Part shown: positions 1-12,368 of the stretch, one piece after another
How the letters are laid out: every line of letters starts with the position of its first letter
Numbering within the stretch: position 1 is the stretch's first letter
Assembly (NCBI GenBank): GCA_030141605.1
Contig: JAQGDQ010000452.1
Span: forward strand, 125,503-189,502
Reading direction: 5' to 3'
Source of the DNA: Tubiluchus corallicola
Taxonomy: Eukaryota > Animalia > Priapulida
Length of the DNA: 64,000 nucleotides
Notes under the pieces: model-generated
Told to the model about the DNA's origin: nothing
The model's input: the letters and a program-made list of their open reading frames with translations, nothing else
Database searches by the model: none
Position numbers and translations under genes: made by a program

Positions 1-28
1 AGTTGCATGGAAAGTAAACTCAGAATGA

Positions 29-41
29 ATGTCCTGTGATG
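29..41 (+). CDS. Candidate first coding exon (MSCD-A), phase 1 donor
   Basis: ATG TCC TGT GAT G|gtgagc; the phase matches the acceptor at 144 across a 103-nt intron. Confidence 0.45.
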
Positions 42-144
42 GTGAGCTGTTATGTTAATATTGATATGTGGAACCACTTCAAAAACCACGAACAAAACTA
101 CTTGTATAGTTAAAAAATTGCCTTCTGATGTGATTATGTCACAG

Positions 145-458
145 CGTCAATTTTGGATGCCCTTAAGATGGGATTACGGATTTCCTGCGTAACGGTGCCT
201 AAGCAGTACATATCCGAGTGTACACAGACTTCAGATGTGGAGGATGTCTGCTTGAGATTTTCTCCGGATCATCGTCCGTCGCGGAGTGATGTAAAAAACG
301 TGGACATGTCAACAGAACCCGTGTCCAACCAATCACCATGTGCCGGCGACAATGTTAAATTGACTGGAGATTGTGACGAGAGAAATGTTACTGATGAAAA
401 CGCACAGCTGATAGGTAATAGCAGATTTCGTTATGACGGAGAAGCTACCGAGCTTGAG
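145..458 (+). CDS. Candidate coding exon, acidic/low-structure peptide (ASILDALKMG...EATELE); alternative PKA-RI N-terminus or part of a small separate gene
   Basis: cacag| acceptor, 314-nt stop-free stretch richer in GC than its flanks, strong GAG|gtaagt phase-0 donor. Confidence 0.6.
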
Positions 459-1051
459 GTAAGTGTCCAGGAAGAGGCCCTCCATTTTGTAATATTAGAA
501 GCCTGTGCAATTTATGCATATTAGAAGTCTAGTCACAGAGTTTTATCTCAAAGCTAAACTAAACATTGTTTTAGTTTGTATAAGTTGTTTAGCCATTGCC
601 GTTTGAAAACAGCAATATCACATTTTTGTATAATTTCATGTACTATGTTTTGTGTATGTAAGCTTATGATCACGGGCATGGAAGTACAACATTCTTGCTT
701 CCATGTAAACTGACTTACAGGGATAATAAAAATAGTGCAATCAATAAAAGTGTCTTTAAAACAATGTCAGTGTCAATAATCTTCACATTCACAACAATTG
801 ACATTTTATGACATGTACATATGCTGTTAGAGTGCATTAATAACAAAGGCGTACAGTCGCACATTTATTTGTGTTGTTTTCTCTTAAAATTAAGTACCTG
901 TAAGAATCATTTCTGCCATCCAAACTCCACTCTGACTATCCTTAACCCTTTTGCTGATTACTGTCGATCGATTCTCCAACTTAGCTGTGTACCTGTGATA
1001 TTCATGATCCTGACTAGAGTAGCTTTCTGCCCTCATCCCTCTTCACTGCAG

Positions 1052-1129
1052 GTGAAAGCAGTTGTTACTGAAGATACAACAGACTATTCACACTTCACTT
1101 TTTTGTCTTCGAACAGTTATAGAGATTAA
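1052..1129 (+). CDS. Candidate terminal exon (VKAVVTEDTTDYSHF...YRD*)
   Basis: Long polypyrimidine tract ending ctgcag|, upstream ctgac; phase 0 is compatible with the donor at 458. Confidence 0.35.
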   Translation: MKAVVTEDTTDYSHFTFLSSNSYRD

Positions 1130-2854
1130 AGGCTGCTTTTTGATGCGTCTCCCACTGGCTTATAAAATTGTTGCCAAGCCTTTTGAGTGACTCATCTCAC
1201 TGTTATTACTTATCATTGTAAATTATAACAAGCCTTTCTGACGTTGCCTGGTGTGTGTTACTACGAAATCAGTGTACTGCCAAACCGTTGATAATATCAC
1301 CAGCAGGAAACACCTTGGATTTTTTGTATATATTTCTATAGAAAACGAGCCTTTTCTAGTAACATTTCATCTATTAAAGGTTCACTTCATTCACCAAACT
1401 GCTGTAAAAAAGGAGAAGCAAATTTATAGACTTGTTTTTTGAATAGCTACAACGAGGATTCTCAACCTCTTTTGTTAGGTATCCCCAGAGTTATTGGACC
1501 GTCGATCCGTACCGCAGAATTTACTCAATACGTACAATAAACTCGGTATAGAATATAGAACTGGTAATATATTAAAACTAATTAACTACACACTGGCACC
1601 ACAGTGGATTTCAAAAGGTCAAATTTTGAAGACTTCTTACAGAAGTGAAGCATTGACATCATATTATATACTATATTTAAGCAAACAGAAAGGAGCTTCT
1701 AAAACACCGTGTGGCAGTAACTAGGCCTATACGGTTATCAACTGACTTAAGTTAGCTGACGGCAATCGTCAACCACCTACACTCAAAACTGATTTGCAAC
1801 TTCAGTGAAATGTAAATTCCATGTAAACATGCACACAGGGAAAATAAATCACGCTACTGACAAAACATAATCAATAGAAATACTCAAATTACATGATCAG
1901 CGATGTATATTTTGACCATTCAGGCCTGCTGTTTGAATGTGAAGTTATGAACAAGGCTGGCAGGATGCATACATTTATAACTGCTATTTTCTTTCATTCC
2001 AGAATGCCTCAACTAGCACTCTTCCTCTACGTCCTTCCAAGCACTCCTGTTAATTGTCCTGTGATTTCCTAGGAATTTCCAAACCTCAGGTTGAGACTCT
2101 CTGCATTGCAGAGTTATGGCTATATGCTCTTTGAACAATCGATGATTCAACAACGCTCACTCCTTTTACATATTCCACGAATCAATTTAGCACTTAGGCA
2201 GAGAAATGATAAAGAGAACATTATGGCTTCAGAGCAATTTGCCCATCTTCTGTAAATACAGCATCTTTGCAGATCGAAAGCTAACCAACGATGATGGTCT
2301 GCTTGTTTTTGATTGAGTTTGTCATTACGACGGCAATTTTGGGTGAAATCAATTTGTGGCGCATTTGGAAAGATAATTCTCTCTCATGGTTGGAAAATCC
2401 GATTGTCTTTCATTTTTCAAAAATGTGTGACCTTCCCTAGATGGGTGAACAGTGTTCAGTTCTTTGTTTGACTTGCATTTGTCAAGCCAAACTGAAAGAG
2501 AGATTTTTATTTGTAGTTTACACAGTTATTTATTGTTTTGTTGCTTTGAAATCTTGACCTTTTTTATGAGAAAACTACGTCAGTTCTACCCAATATGCAA
2601 AGATTTGGGGATTTATAATAGATTTTGATGATTTGGGCCTATGTTGCACATTAGGTACTGTTGGTGTAAAGCAAGTACACATCTAATGAGAGTGCGTGTT
2701 TTTAAGTATTATCTTGGAAGATTTAAATCATACTTATAACTGTATTTTTGTTCACTAGAAATTCCTGATTCCATATACAGACAAAACGAGTTAAGACATC
2801 ATATTTATGACAATCAGCAACTAATTAATTGAACAAAGGAGGACTGGAAAACTG

Positions 2855-2925
2855 TGGCCCAACCAGGATTTGAACCAGAACCTTTTACCTTCAGGTCACA
2901 TGCTCTGCCTAATGATCTACTGGGC
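2855..2925 (-). mobile_element. Degenerate tRNA-derived SINE head or tRNA pseudogene
   Basis: GCCCAG...GGTTCAAATCC (B box)...GGGCCA; D and anticodon arms decayed. Confidence 0.5.
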
Positions 2926-2993
2926 CAACTTAGCAGAATTGGTCTGAGACTTTCATGCTATTATTGAATAAACAATCAATACTTAATGTGGTA

Positions 2994-3077
2994 CACGCAC
3001 TCACGCATGCGCGCACACACACACGCAGACACACGCATGCGCACACACACACGCATGCACACGTGCATGCACACGCA

Positions 3078-3125
<48 letters not shown>
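2994..3125. repeat. (CA)n/(CACG)n microsatellite
   Basis: Directly visible. Confidence 0.97.
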
Positions 3126-3128
<3 letters not shown>

Positions 3129-3888
3129 CGGTTGGGAATTCGAAGCTGTACTTTTATTTTCCCAATATCTTTTCATTACCAACCCCCAAATAGCTAAACT
3201 TAATTACTCTCTATCCAACATCAGAGACAAACAGGAAACTGCAGGAGGCTTATTGTCCTACGGAAATTAACCAGGCATTCATCAATGCCAGCTGTTTATT
3301 AAAAAGCTGCTCGCCCTCTTTCTTCTTCTTTCAGCAGGGGAAGGTTTTTTCTCATGCCGAAACCTAATCACACTTTGTTGTTCTTTTCAGCTTCATCTTC
3401 ATCATTCAGGCACTGATGTTAATGATTATATAAAGTGTTTGAATTGTGCAATAAATTAATTGGTATAATTTGCGTACGGGCAATATTTTGTTTTGGAAAG
3501 ATCATGCGAATGCATTCTCAATAAATGAATTTTTTCTGTAGAACTTAATTTTCATCATTTTTGCATCTGATCTATTAAATACAGTTTACATAACGCATCC
3601 AAGTCGAATACTTGGATTAACTTCTAATTCTAACTCAAATAAGACTTATGCTGCTGAAATTGGTACGAACTGCATTTTATAGAAAAATCGTTTTCTGAAT
3701 TTTAAGTTGTATTATTATCGCTTGTTGCTGATTTTTTACTGAACGTTTCGTATGTAAACAATCACAAACCTGCATTTTTGTTTCAACCCTCATTGGCATG
3801 CATCTATTCTTTGCATTATTTTTTTACTTTTTTGCTTTTGAGTTTGCTTTTGAGTTTTTGACCATGCGACTTTTGACGTTCATTTTAA

Positions 3889-4427
3889 ACCAAAACCAGA
3901 CGATTGATTAGATTAAATGACCTGTTCAAAAAGATTAAATCTCCTGTACAAAAAAATATTTTCTTGCCTATAAATGTTAGCAATTGTTTCTAATATTTAA
4001 ATAATTACCTTGGAAAGTTAATTAACGGCAGCCGAATACAGTTATCACTTACATCACAAACTAACCATAGTTTTTGCAGTGGCAGGCATCTTCCATGCGG
4101 GTCAAGTACGCTTGCATAAGCGAAGATTGCTATAAGACGCTGATGTGATGTAGCGAAAATGAGTTCTACGTCACACTGAAGTCACAGATGAACACTGAAG
4201 TTCGTGATCATGCTTATCATGGTACCGACAAATAAGGCGCCATTGAAAGCCTTAGTGGATTCGCTGAGCCATGCGTAGCTTTGAAAGTTTAGCAAAATTT
4301 AACTATCCGAGGTACCGGTAATAAACATCTAATGTAAGCTTTGATTTACAACAAGCTGTTGTAGTTTTCAGTATTTTAGAACATACTTTATTCTGAACTA
4401 ATGTCTACACAATCGTCCGGTTTCCCT
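3889..4427 (-). mobile_element. Non-autonomous DNA transposon, TTAA TSD, Kolobok-like family A
   Basis: TTAA on both sides; TIR similar to aggaaaaccggacgattg; internally the reverse complement of 36370-36869. Confidence 0.75.
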
Positions 4428-5447
4428 TTAACTTTCTGTGGCACATTGTAGTTCTTTCCCAATCAACACTAGAAGAAAGCATTATTATTACCTGCCTTGC
4501 AATGTTAACGTAACAGGACAGTTCAAGAAGAATTTGGCTTTGAAGTCTGTTGCTTTATGAAACTTTTCTAAATGCTTCCGTTTGGTGATAAGACTTTAAT
4601 TTTTTTCTATCAAACACCTATTGCAAAATTAATAGTTCTTGTCTTAGAATGCTGGGTTTTGGTTATTGACAAATGATTTGTTAAAGCAAACGAATAGAAT
4701 GATATTAGAAGAGGGAACTGGGGGAAGTGGGTCAGCCAATAACTTCCGTTTCTGTGTGTAAAATTAAAATACTGATGGAAAATTAAAAGACTTTTTTTTC
4801 ATAGTAGGAATTACATTTATAAATTTTCCTGTAACTGTTCTACAAAAGTACAAATGCAATAAACTTATAGGAATTTGATTTGAAACTTCTCTGTAAACCG
4901 TTCAACATTCCTGGCGAATTACTTAATTCCTCGTGTCTGAAATAGCATTTCATAACCAATTGAATTATAAATTTATTACACAGCAAATCGTACATGTAAA
5001 CATACATACAAATTGTTATTACATTATAAAATAAAATAAACGAGTCACTGTGAGGAGGAGGAAGGAGTGTTATGCTTTCGAGTCCTCCTCTAGTACTTCC
5101 CCAGTCCTCCTCCAGCCAAAAAAATAGTTTACCTAGAAATGGAACACTTTTTTCACGTTAAAGATGCCATTTTTACCTGGCACGTTGTTAGTTCCTTTCG
5201 GAAACGAATACTGCATGATAATGAGGGACTATGATTGTAAAATAAGTTGAGAGACGGTGCAGCTGCAGCTGTGTTTGTCAAACTATGATGTTTATCGCTA
5301 ATTGCATTTGCTTTAAGTAGTGTTTACTGTTCAGAGGCGGAGTTCATAGGTAAGTACTCGCAGCTTCATCATCACATTGCCTAGGTGTGCAGAATTTGGA
5401 CACCTGTTTGCAATCAATCAACTCGTGCCTGCAGCACGTGTACATAG

Positions 5448-5455
5448 TGACGTCA
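5448..5455. promoter_or_regulatory. Full CRE palindrome TGACGTCA
   Basis: Exact motif, with a CACGTG E-box just upstream, in a CpG-containing patch; function unproven. Confidence 0.35.
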
Positions 5456-6627
5456 ACTGTGGAGCATTGTGTAATGTGTATATTATGGCGCGTTCAGACG
5501 TAGAGACTTCTCTCGCATCTTGTTGAAACGTGTGAACGAGAGAAATTTCTACGTCTGAACGCGCCATTAGTCTGTTTTTCATTTTCTTGTGCAGTGTGTG
5601 GTCTTGTAACTGACATGGTATAGTTAGTTTCTTGATCCTAAACCAATTTTTTATGCAGACTTTGGTGCTTAACACACAAAGTATCTGTGCTGGTTGTTCA
5701 TTCTTGTGCTTTGTGAGTGTATAAGAAAAAAATAAAATAGTTTTGTCGACTAACGGCTTCTGGTTTATGATAATTTCACGACTCGTTTCTTTACGACAGT
5801 TTCTACTAGGAATCGAGTACGGTATCACCAGCCACGGTCAGTAACGGGCATCATTTAATTTTGAAGTTTACTAAATGGTTTAACTGAGTGACCTTTCAAG
5901 TCTTCGACAGGTTTCATTTCCCTGATGGGATAATGATTGGCTGAACATTCAGTGGTGCGTTTATACGTTTATTCTTGCTGTGTGTTGATGCATGCTGAGA
6001 AGCGACAGTCACCTCGTGGATTTGCTCTAAATAACAAGCCATGTTGCTTAATGTGTTTCGTGGGGACTGCAGGATGTTATCAGCCAGGTAAATAAGCATT
6101 ACTGTTAGTGAAGCCAGATGACACAGAACCTCGTTAGTCGTCACGCCGGGAGGATATATTTGTAATGCTATTGTGGGAAGTCAGCATTGTATTTGGTGAA
6201 GCCTTTGTGTGAAACTTGTGTCGAAATAAGTCCTTAATACTGTCGCAGGAGCAGTGACAATATATCTAAGGTTTTATCTCTTGTGAAGCCATTGTGCATG
6301 TATGTAGTCTTGCAACAGGATGTTATTAATAACACTGTCGTGTTTGCTCTTTTGTTAAATGCGTTATTATGCCAGACGAGCTTTGAGCTGGAGATACACG
6401 TGAGAATCAATAATGAGAACAAACTGCTGAAGGCAGACGTGTTACTTACGTGATATCTGATCCCATTAAAACTAGTGTTTCTAATGTTATTTATGTAGCA
6501 TATGTGAGCTGTGTAATAACTTACTGCTGTATTACACAAGGGAACCAGGCACGGACTTTTAGTGAATATGTTCGAAAGTAGTAAGGACTTCTTCACGATA
6601 GTGCAGCAGTCAGATTATTGAATAGCT

Positions 6628-6651
6628 ATGCCAAGTTGTAACAAAGCCAAG
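6628..6651 (+). CDS. Candidate alternative first coding exon of PKA-RI (MPSCNKAK)
   Basis: gctATG...AAG|gtattt, phase 0, fits the acceptor at 13619; short enough to be chance. Confidence 0.3.
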
Positions 6652-7089
6652 GTATTTACTATTAACACTTTCGCATGAATACATTACACCTGCATGTAAT
6701 AATTCCTATTCTGAGCAAGCCTCTCATTCCTCAAGTTCATGTGTTATGTCTTCTCCTCTATTTCACCTGTTATGCTGTTAGAACTGTTTTATAAGATATG
6801 ACATACTTCAAGAATTGTTGTACTGCACTTCTTATTCATGAGTCTGAAACTGATACAATCATTACCATGTTAATAACTCATTGTAACTTTACTAGAGTAA
6901 CTTGTAGACTGTTTAAGAACAGCTAGGTAGTACGTTTTGAATTGATGACAGCACGTTTTGAATTGATGACACCAGCATGGGTGTTGTAAGGCTCATTTCA
7001 TTGAGTAAATTATTTAAGCTGTGTTTTGCCAGTGAGAGGAGCTGATGATTTGAACACACTGTTGTGTGGCAATTAGGAAGGCAGGTCTG

Positions 7090-7200
7090 GGGGATTTAGC
7101 TCAATGATAGCTTACTTGGTTCCCACCCGGGAGGTTGCGGCTTCAATTCCGGAGCGAGTCATATCAAAGGCTTAAAAAATTACCAGTGAGATGCGCTGAT
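7090..7200 (+). mobile_element. tRNA-derived SINE fragment
   Basis: tagctcaatg A-box-like and ttcaattcc B-box-like motifs followed by cgagtcatatcaaaggcttaaaaa. Confidence 0.45.
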
Positions 7201-10200
7201 GATGTGAACATGATATTGTACTGGTGGGAAGACAGTAAGCCCCTAATAGAAAGGTTTCATTTGTGCAACCATTGGCATGAGTTGACAACCACAGTGGATA
7301 TTTACTGGCACCATTGACCAAAGGGCAGGTTATCAAAATATGATTATATATTGCTGGAACAACAGACAGGAGTTGACATTAAAGTAAGAGTACGTACTGG
7401 CCACAATGTATGTTTACTGAACACACGAGAAATTTCTTGCGAAAAAATCCAGCAAATGCATAACATATGTAAGATTTTAAACACCTGCCATCATAAACTT
7501 GCATAATCTTTACTATGTCTGCATTTTTGGCAGCAGAAATACATAAAATTAAGCAAGTAGTTGCTACACAAACTGTAGTTGCTACACATAATCAGCTGGT
7601 TTTAAATTAACATTTTTCATGTTAATGAGTTAGACAAATGGCCTGACACTTGCGCACTATATATTGTGAGCCCTGCACCGATAGAATTAAAATGTGTTAA
7701 AGGAAATGAATGTAATAGTTGTTGTGTCACTATGATATCAGTTCTGTACACTTGTGTACCTTAAAAGACTTAAGCTAGAGTGTTGCCTATATGTTACTGT
7801 TTGCACCTCATGTAAGTTAATTGGAGCTGCCTGTAAATTTTGAAGAGCGATACTTGCATAAAGTGCTATCATATTGTTCCATAAGTACAGTGCTAGACGT
7901 GGTTTCAGAGAAAACAGTAATGACATTGCATCAGCAATAAGAATATTAATATCATGTTGTAATAAGATCTCATTGTGTTTGACGTAGGATCAATACTGGA
8001 CATTATTAATATTATGGGAACGTGATAAATTGTACCTACGTGAAGACTAGAACTACTTCCATGCAATATGTCATTTGTAAACGATATGGACCCAGGACCT
8101 GTGTGAAATCAGAACTATGTACAAAGAAATGCTAAACCATTCATTGTGATTATTAATTCTGTACCATGAATTATGCTCATGGAGAGATCACTGTATATAT
8201 ACTATAGAGTAAAGTTAATACAGAAGTCATTCAATATTTTTAGTGCTACAGCTTCTTATGGTACTCAAAACAGCATACAGTTACATATGCTAAATTAAGC
8301 CTGTCTACTGCAGTTTTTACTAATAGGAGGTTCATTACTGTAACTTGTACCTAATAGCTCCTTCTCTCAGTTTACCTGTGGAAGGACCAGTACTGTACTA
8401 ATTCAGCCACATCTGGTGCCTCAGCCTGATACCTGAACCAACTTGCTAGCCTTGTACAACTTTCCAGTAGCTGTAGCCAAGTCTGATCTTGGGTCAACTA
8501 TAGTCTTATTCTATTTACATATTTATTTATTCTATAGTTTTATTGTATTATCTGAACCTACATTTAAAAAAGTCCTGTATTGTTACTTTTATGAAAGATG
8601 TTCTAATGCTTTCTGTTCATTGATTCTTAAACACCGATAAGCTTGTTCGGACACATTTTACTCCCGCTTCTCATAATCTTCCCTGGAAATTCCTATATGC
8701 ATAACAGCCGCTCACAAATCCTTTTTTTCCTCGGGCCTGTTATTTATGGAATTCTTTAGCACACATTTGTTTCCATGCTATTTACAACCTCACTTGTTTC
8801 AAGAAATACACGAACAGACATCCATCACTAAAAATTAGTTATAAAAATTTGGGCTAGTGTTCTAGACATGCAGTTTACTTTGTACAGAACAATTCTTTTA
8901 AAAATTTGTTACAAGGATTACATTATACCAATCAAATGGGAAAGTCATTAGTATAATAATTGCTATCAAAGATTCTACAATGCTGCATGAGTTGTTTTGT
9001 AGCCTTTATTGCTAAGTGTTTCTGTACTTTCCTTCATCTGAACGATTCCCTCTTCAGGTCTTCAAACGGCTGACTCTTTTGGCCTTTAGCAATTTTTATT
9101 TCTTGTTCTTTCATCTGTTACTGTTTATTGCATGCAATAACTACGTAATGGTTGCGTATGGATTAATAATCTCCTTGAAAAGTTTCTTGTAAATGATGAT
9201 GATGTTAAGCTTATTGTGGCAGCAGCAGCAGTCTGTTGCTCGGATGAGTGATTTGTGTAATTAGTGAATTTTGCTCAAGTGTTTTATCATGGAAGTTTTG
9301 CAAACAACATTAACTATGAAATTATTTTTAATCAAAAAATTGAGTGCTGTTTTTCGTGGAAAGTGATATGAAAGTGTGGCTATCTCGTTGCTCGCTTTTC
9401 TGAGGTGGTCGGATACGTAGATTACAATTGAAAAAAGTTCTGTTAGGTTTTGTAAGGCTGTGTTTACTTGCAGGAAGAGCATCGGCACTTTTCAGAAGAG
9501 CTAGCCGGAACCGTCCTTTTATAGACTCCATGGTACTTTCTATGTACTCATTTTTGCTTTCGTTCTGCTGAGCATTTATTGTCGTCGTCGTTGCCGTTTT
9601 AATGTGTGAACATTGTAGTCAATTCTTCACTTTCTGCCATCAACCAACTGTCGTAAAGTAATAAGCATTCACACTTGCGGTGTCTTCTATCGTTTATTGT
9701 CGACACTGTTACCGTAACGTATTATAATTTTAAGAGTTTTTAGTTCGGCTTTATTAGACCTAGCTGCAGGAATATTACGTTCAATGAAGTTTCTTCTAGT
9801 CTCATGATTGCGTAATAAAGGTTGATGAAAATGTGCAAATTACTGAGCTCATCTTATAAATTACAGGGCTTTGATGTATTCCTGTGTTAGTTCATTCTGC
9901 TCACGCTGTGCCGTAAAGCTGCAGCTAATGTAGTTAGCGTTACAAAGCCTGCAATGCTGTAATTTACCATGTTCAAGCGATCAAACGGCCATTGTTTTTC
10001 GTCCTCCCAGTGGTGCATTAGTTTTGAGTGCTTCCTAGAGAGTTGTCAGTAAATTGATGAACAGGTCTGTATTTATCCGATTTTCTTTCTGGTGTTGGAA
10101 TTTTCTAGACAGGTTTAAGTCCTGGTCCTGCCACCATCACAGAAACTGCTTGTTTTAGTGTCCATAAGCAAAATCCAATGCAGCAATTTCTGTACCGTCC

Positions 10201-10268
10201 CTCGAAATTCACAAAACTGGCCTGTTGTCGCCAGAACACTCCGCATGGTTTGTGATTGTTTCTGGTGC

Positions 10269-10310
<42 letters not shown>

Positions 10311-10339
10311 TCAACAACAACAACAATAATAATAATAAT
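10269..10339. repeat. (AAT)n/(AAC)n microsatellite
   Basis: Directly visible. Confidence 0.95.
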
Positions 10340-12156
10340 TTATTGAATATTTTAATGCATTATACGTGATGATCAAATGCATCGTACAATAAAAGCTCAA
10401 CAAAATTACTAAAAAATTAATTCATAAGATATGTAAGACCATGCTTATACATGCTTTGCCGATGTCACTTATTACTGTACGTATTTGTATCATTCGTGTG
10501 TTGAGGGCAGAACAGTTGTAGTGCAATCGTATTTATCTTTGTGGTATGGGTCTCATTTTGGTCTCGCTACTGTTCTGCTGTAACTGTCGAGTAGCGTCGT
10601 CGTTTCCATGGTTGCCGCATCCGGCTTTCCGGGATACTATTTGCCTGTTAACGGGGGTGATGACCGTTTCATAATAATTACTACTAATGTAGGAATCCCA
10701 CGCATACGGGAAATAGCTGGCTTCCTTTTCTTGGACTAATCATCGAAACGGTTAGGGTTATAAGCACTTTCATTCAAAAATTGCATTCACATATGTAGGA
10801 AATCAGTGCACATTATAACTCGAGCACAGACGTGCTCCGGTCGCCAAATAACATGTCTAACACTTTCTTACTTTCTTTATACAAGTACAACCTAGTTAAA
10901 GGAAAAGAGGACTAGTGAAAATATGAATATGGGTAAGAGGCATCTGTCAACGTTTTTCTTCAAGCGAGCGAGGTTATGGTTTACAAGGAAACAAGGTAAA
11001 GAATTGCACAATTAAGAGGCTCCAGTGGAAAAACTAGATTTATAAGCAGCTGCTACAATGTTAAATTTGTTAGTTCGCTGTTTTTAGACCAACTAAACGT
11101 TTATTTAGTACTCTGTAGAAGAAATTTGTGTCTCATCGTTGTGAATGAAATTGTTCAAAGCAAAATAGAAATCTGAGAAGGTATAATTTTATAATTTTTA
11201 ATCTTTCTCTTATTTGATCTTTCATATTAGTTTGTACAGCGAAAAACAAAAAAGTTACAAACTAATATAAGTAATCATGGAAACATACAAATAGACGTAG
11301 TTTTCAACATTTTGCTGTTTGTTATTTACTTCATCTACTGCTTTATTTTAGCTATAAAACTGCTTCAATGTTTTTCTTCCTCTTTAGTTTATGAGCAAAC
11401 AGCAAAGCTTCATCCACGGCTGGCTTGCATAATGCAAATGTAGCTTCAGTTTACTCATACGACGCTACCATAGTGACTTGTATAGAGGAAATTTTAACAA
11501 GTAACTTGATCGATATTCCAAACTCACTCATCGATTTCTGCGAATTTTCTGAATAAGTTTTTGAGAGTGCGCGCAAACAAACTTATTACTGGTTTCTGTA
11601 TACAAATCATGTCAACACACCAGGGAATAACTACGATATGACTATCTGAATCGAATCCATTCTCATGTTTATTGAAATTGACGCTCTGCTGGCGGCTGCC
11701 TGCGTCGCCGTATATATGTATGAAAATTTTTCTGACAACATTCGTGTTTTTGCGCGCGTGTGCGTGAATAAACAAATTTTTCACTTACCCAGATCAACGT
11801 GTTCTCTTTTTTCCTTGGAGGTGACATTATTCACTCCTTAATCACTTTTGTTTGGCTTCTTACAATTCTTTGTATTCGAACTTGTGTTTAGGAACGTAAC
11901 AAGGCAATGGGGACATAAATACAAAACAAAAAATGGTAACCATAGCAAGAGTTGCTAGGCTCTAAATTCTACATCATATTAGTAATGTCAGTTGTTTGTC
12001 CTGCACATTTCAGTTTTTAACAATTTTTTATTCTTGGTAACAAACTGAAAAGTGTGGTGTTAGCTTATTAGTATTACTTGTGTATAATTTCTTTATTATC
12101 TGAGTCACAAAACTGACTTCTGAACTGTGAAAGTTGCTACCGTGTAGCGTGTGCAG

Positions 12157-12166
12157 ATGACGTCAT
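12157..12166. promoter_or_regulatory. Extended CRE palindrome ATGACGTCAT
   Basis: Exact 10-bp palindrome with a TGACG half-site about 25 bp downstream; about 140 bp before candidate exon 12303. Confidence 0.4.
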
Positions 12167-12302
12167 GGGCTTAGGAATGAGTGACGTTTTGTATGATGAT
12201 GTCATTAGCATGGCACTGCGGGTGATGATGAAGGGACAACATCAAGTAACAAGATGAAGGGACCTGCATCTTGCGGGTGCAGGAAGCCAGCTAATCACCA
12301 TC

Positions 12303-12368
12303 ATGCTGATCTTCCTTTCAGTGACCCTCACTGGCTTCATCTGTTATAAGATGGCCAAGGTCATCAAG
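12303..12368 (+). CDS. Candidate alternative first coding exon of PKA-RI, signal-anchor-like (MLIFLSVTLTGFICYKMAKVIK)
   Basis: A at -3 of the ATG, hydrophobic run then lysines, AAG|gtattt phase-0 donor, locally higher GC. Confidence 0.45.

Noticed and set aside
2930-3270. HT/CV-repeat ORFs
   Set aside because: (CA)n microsatellite.
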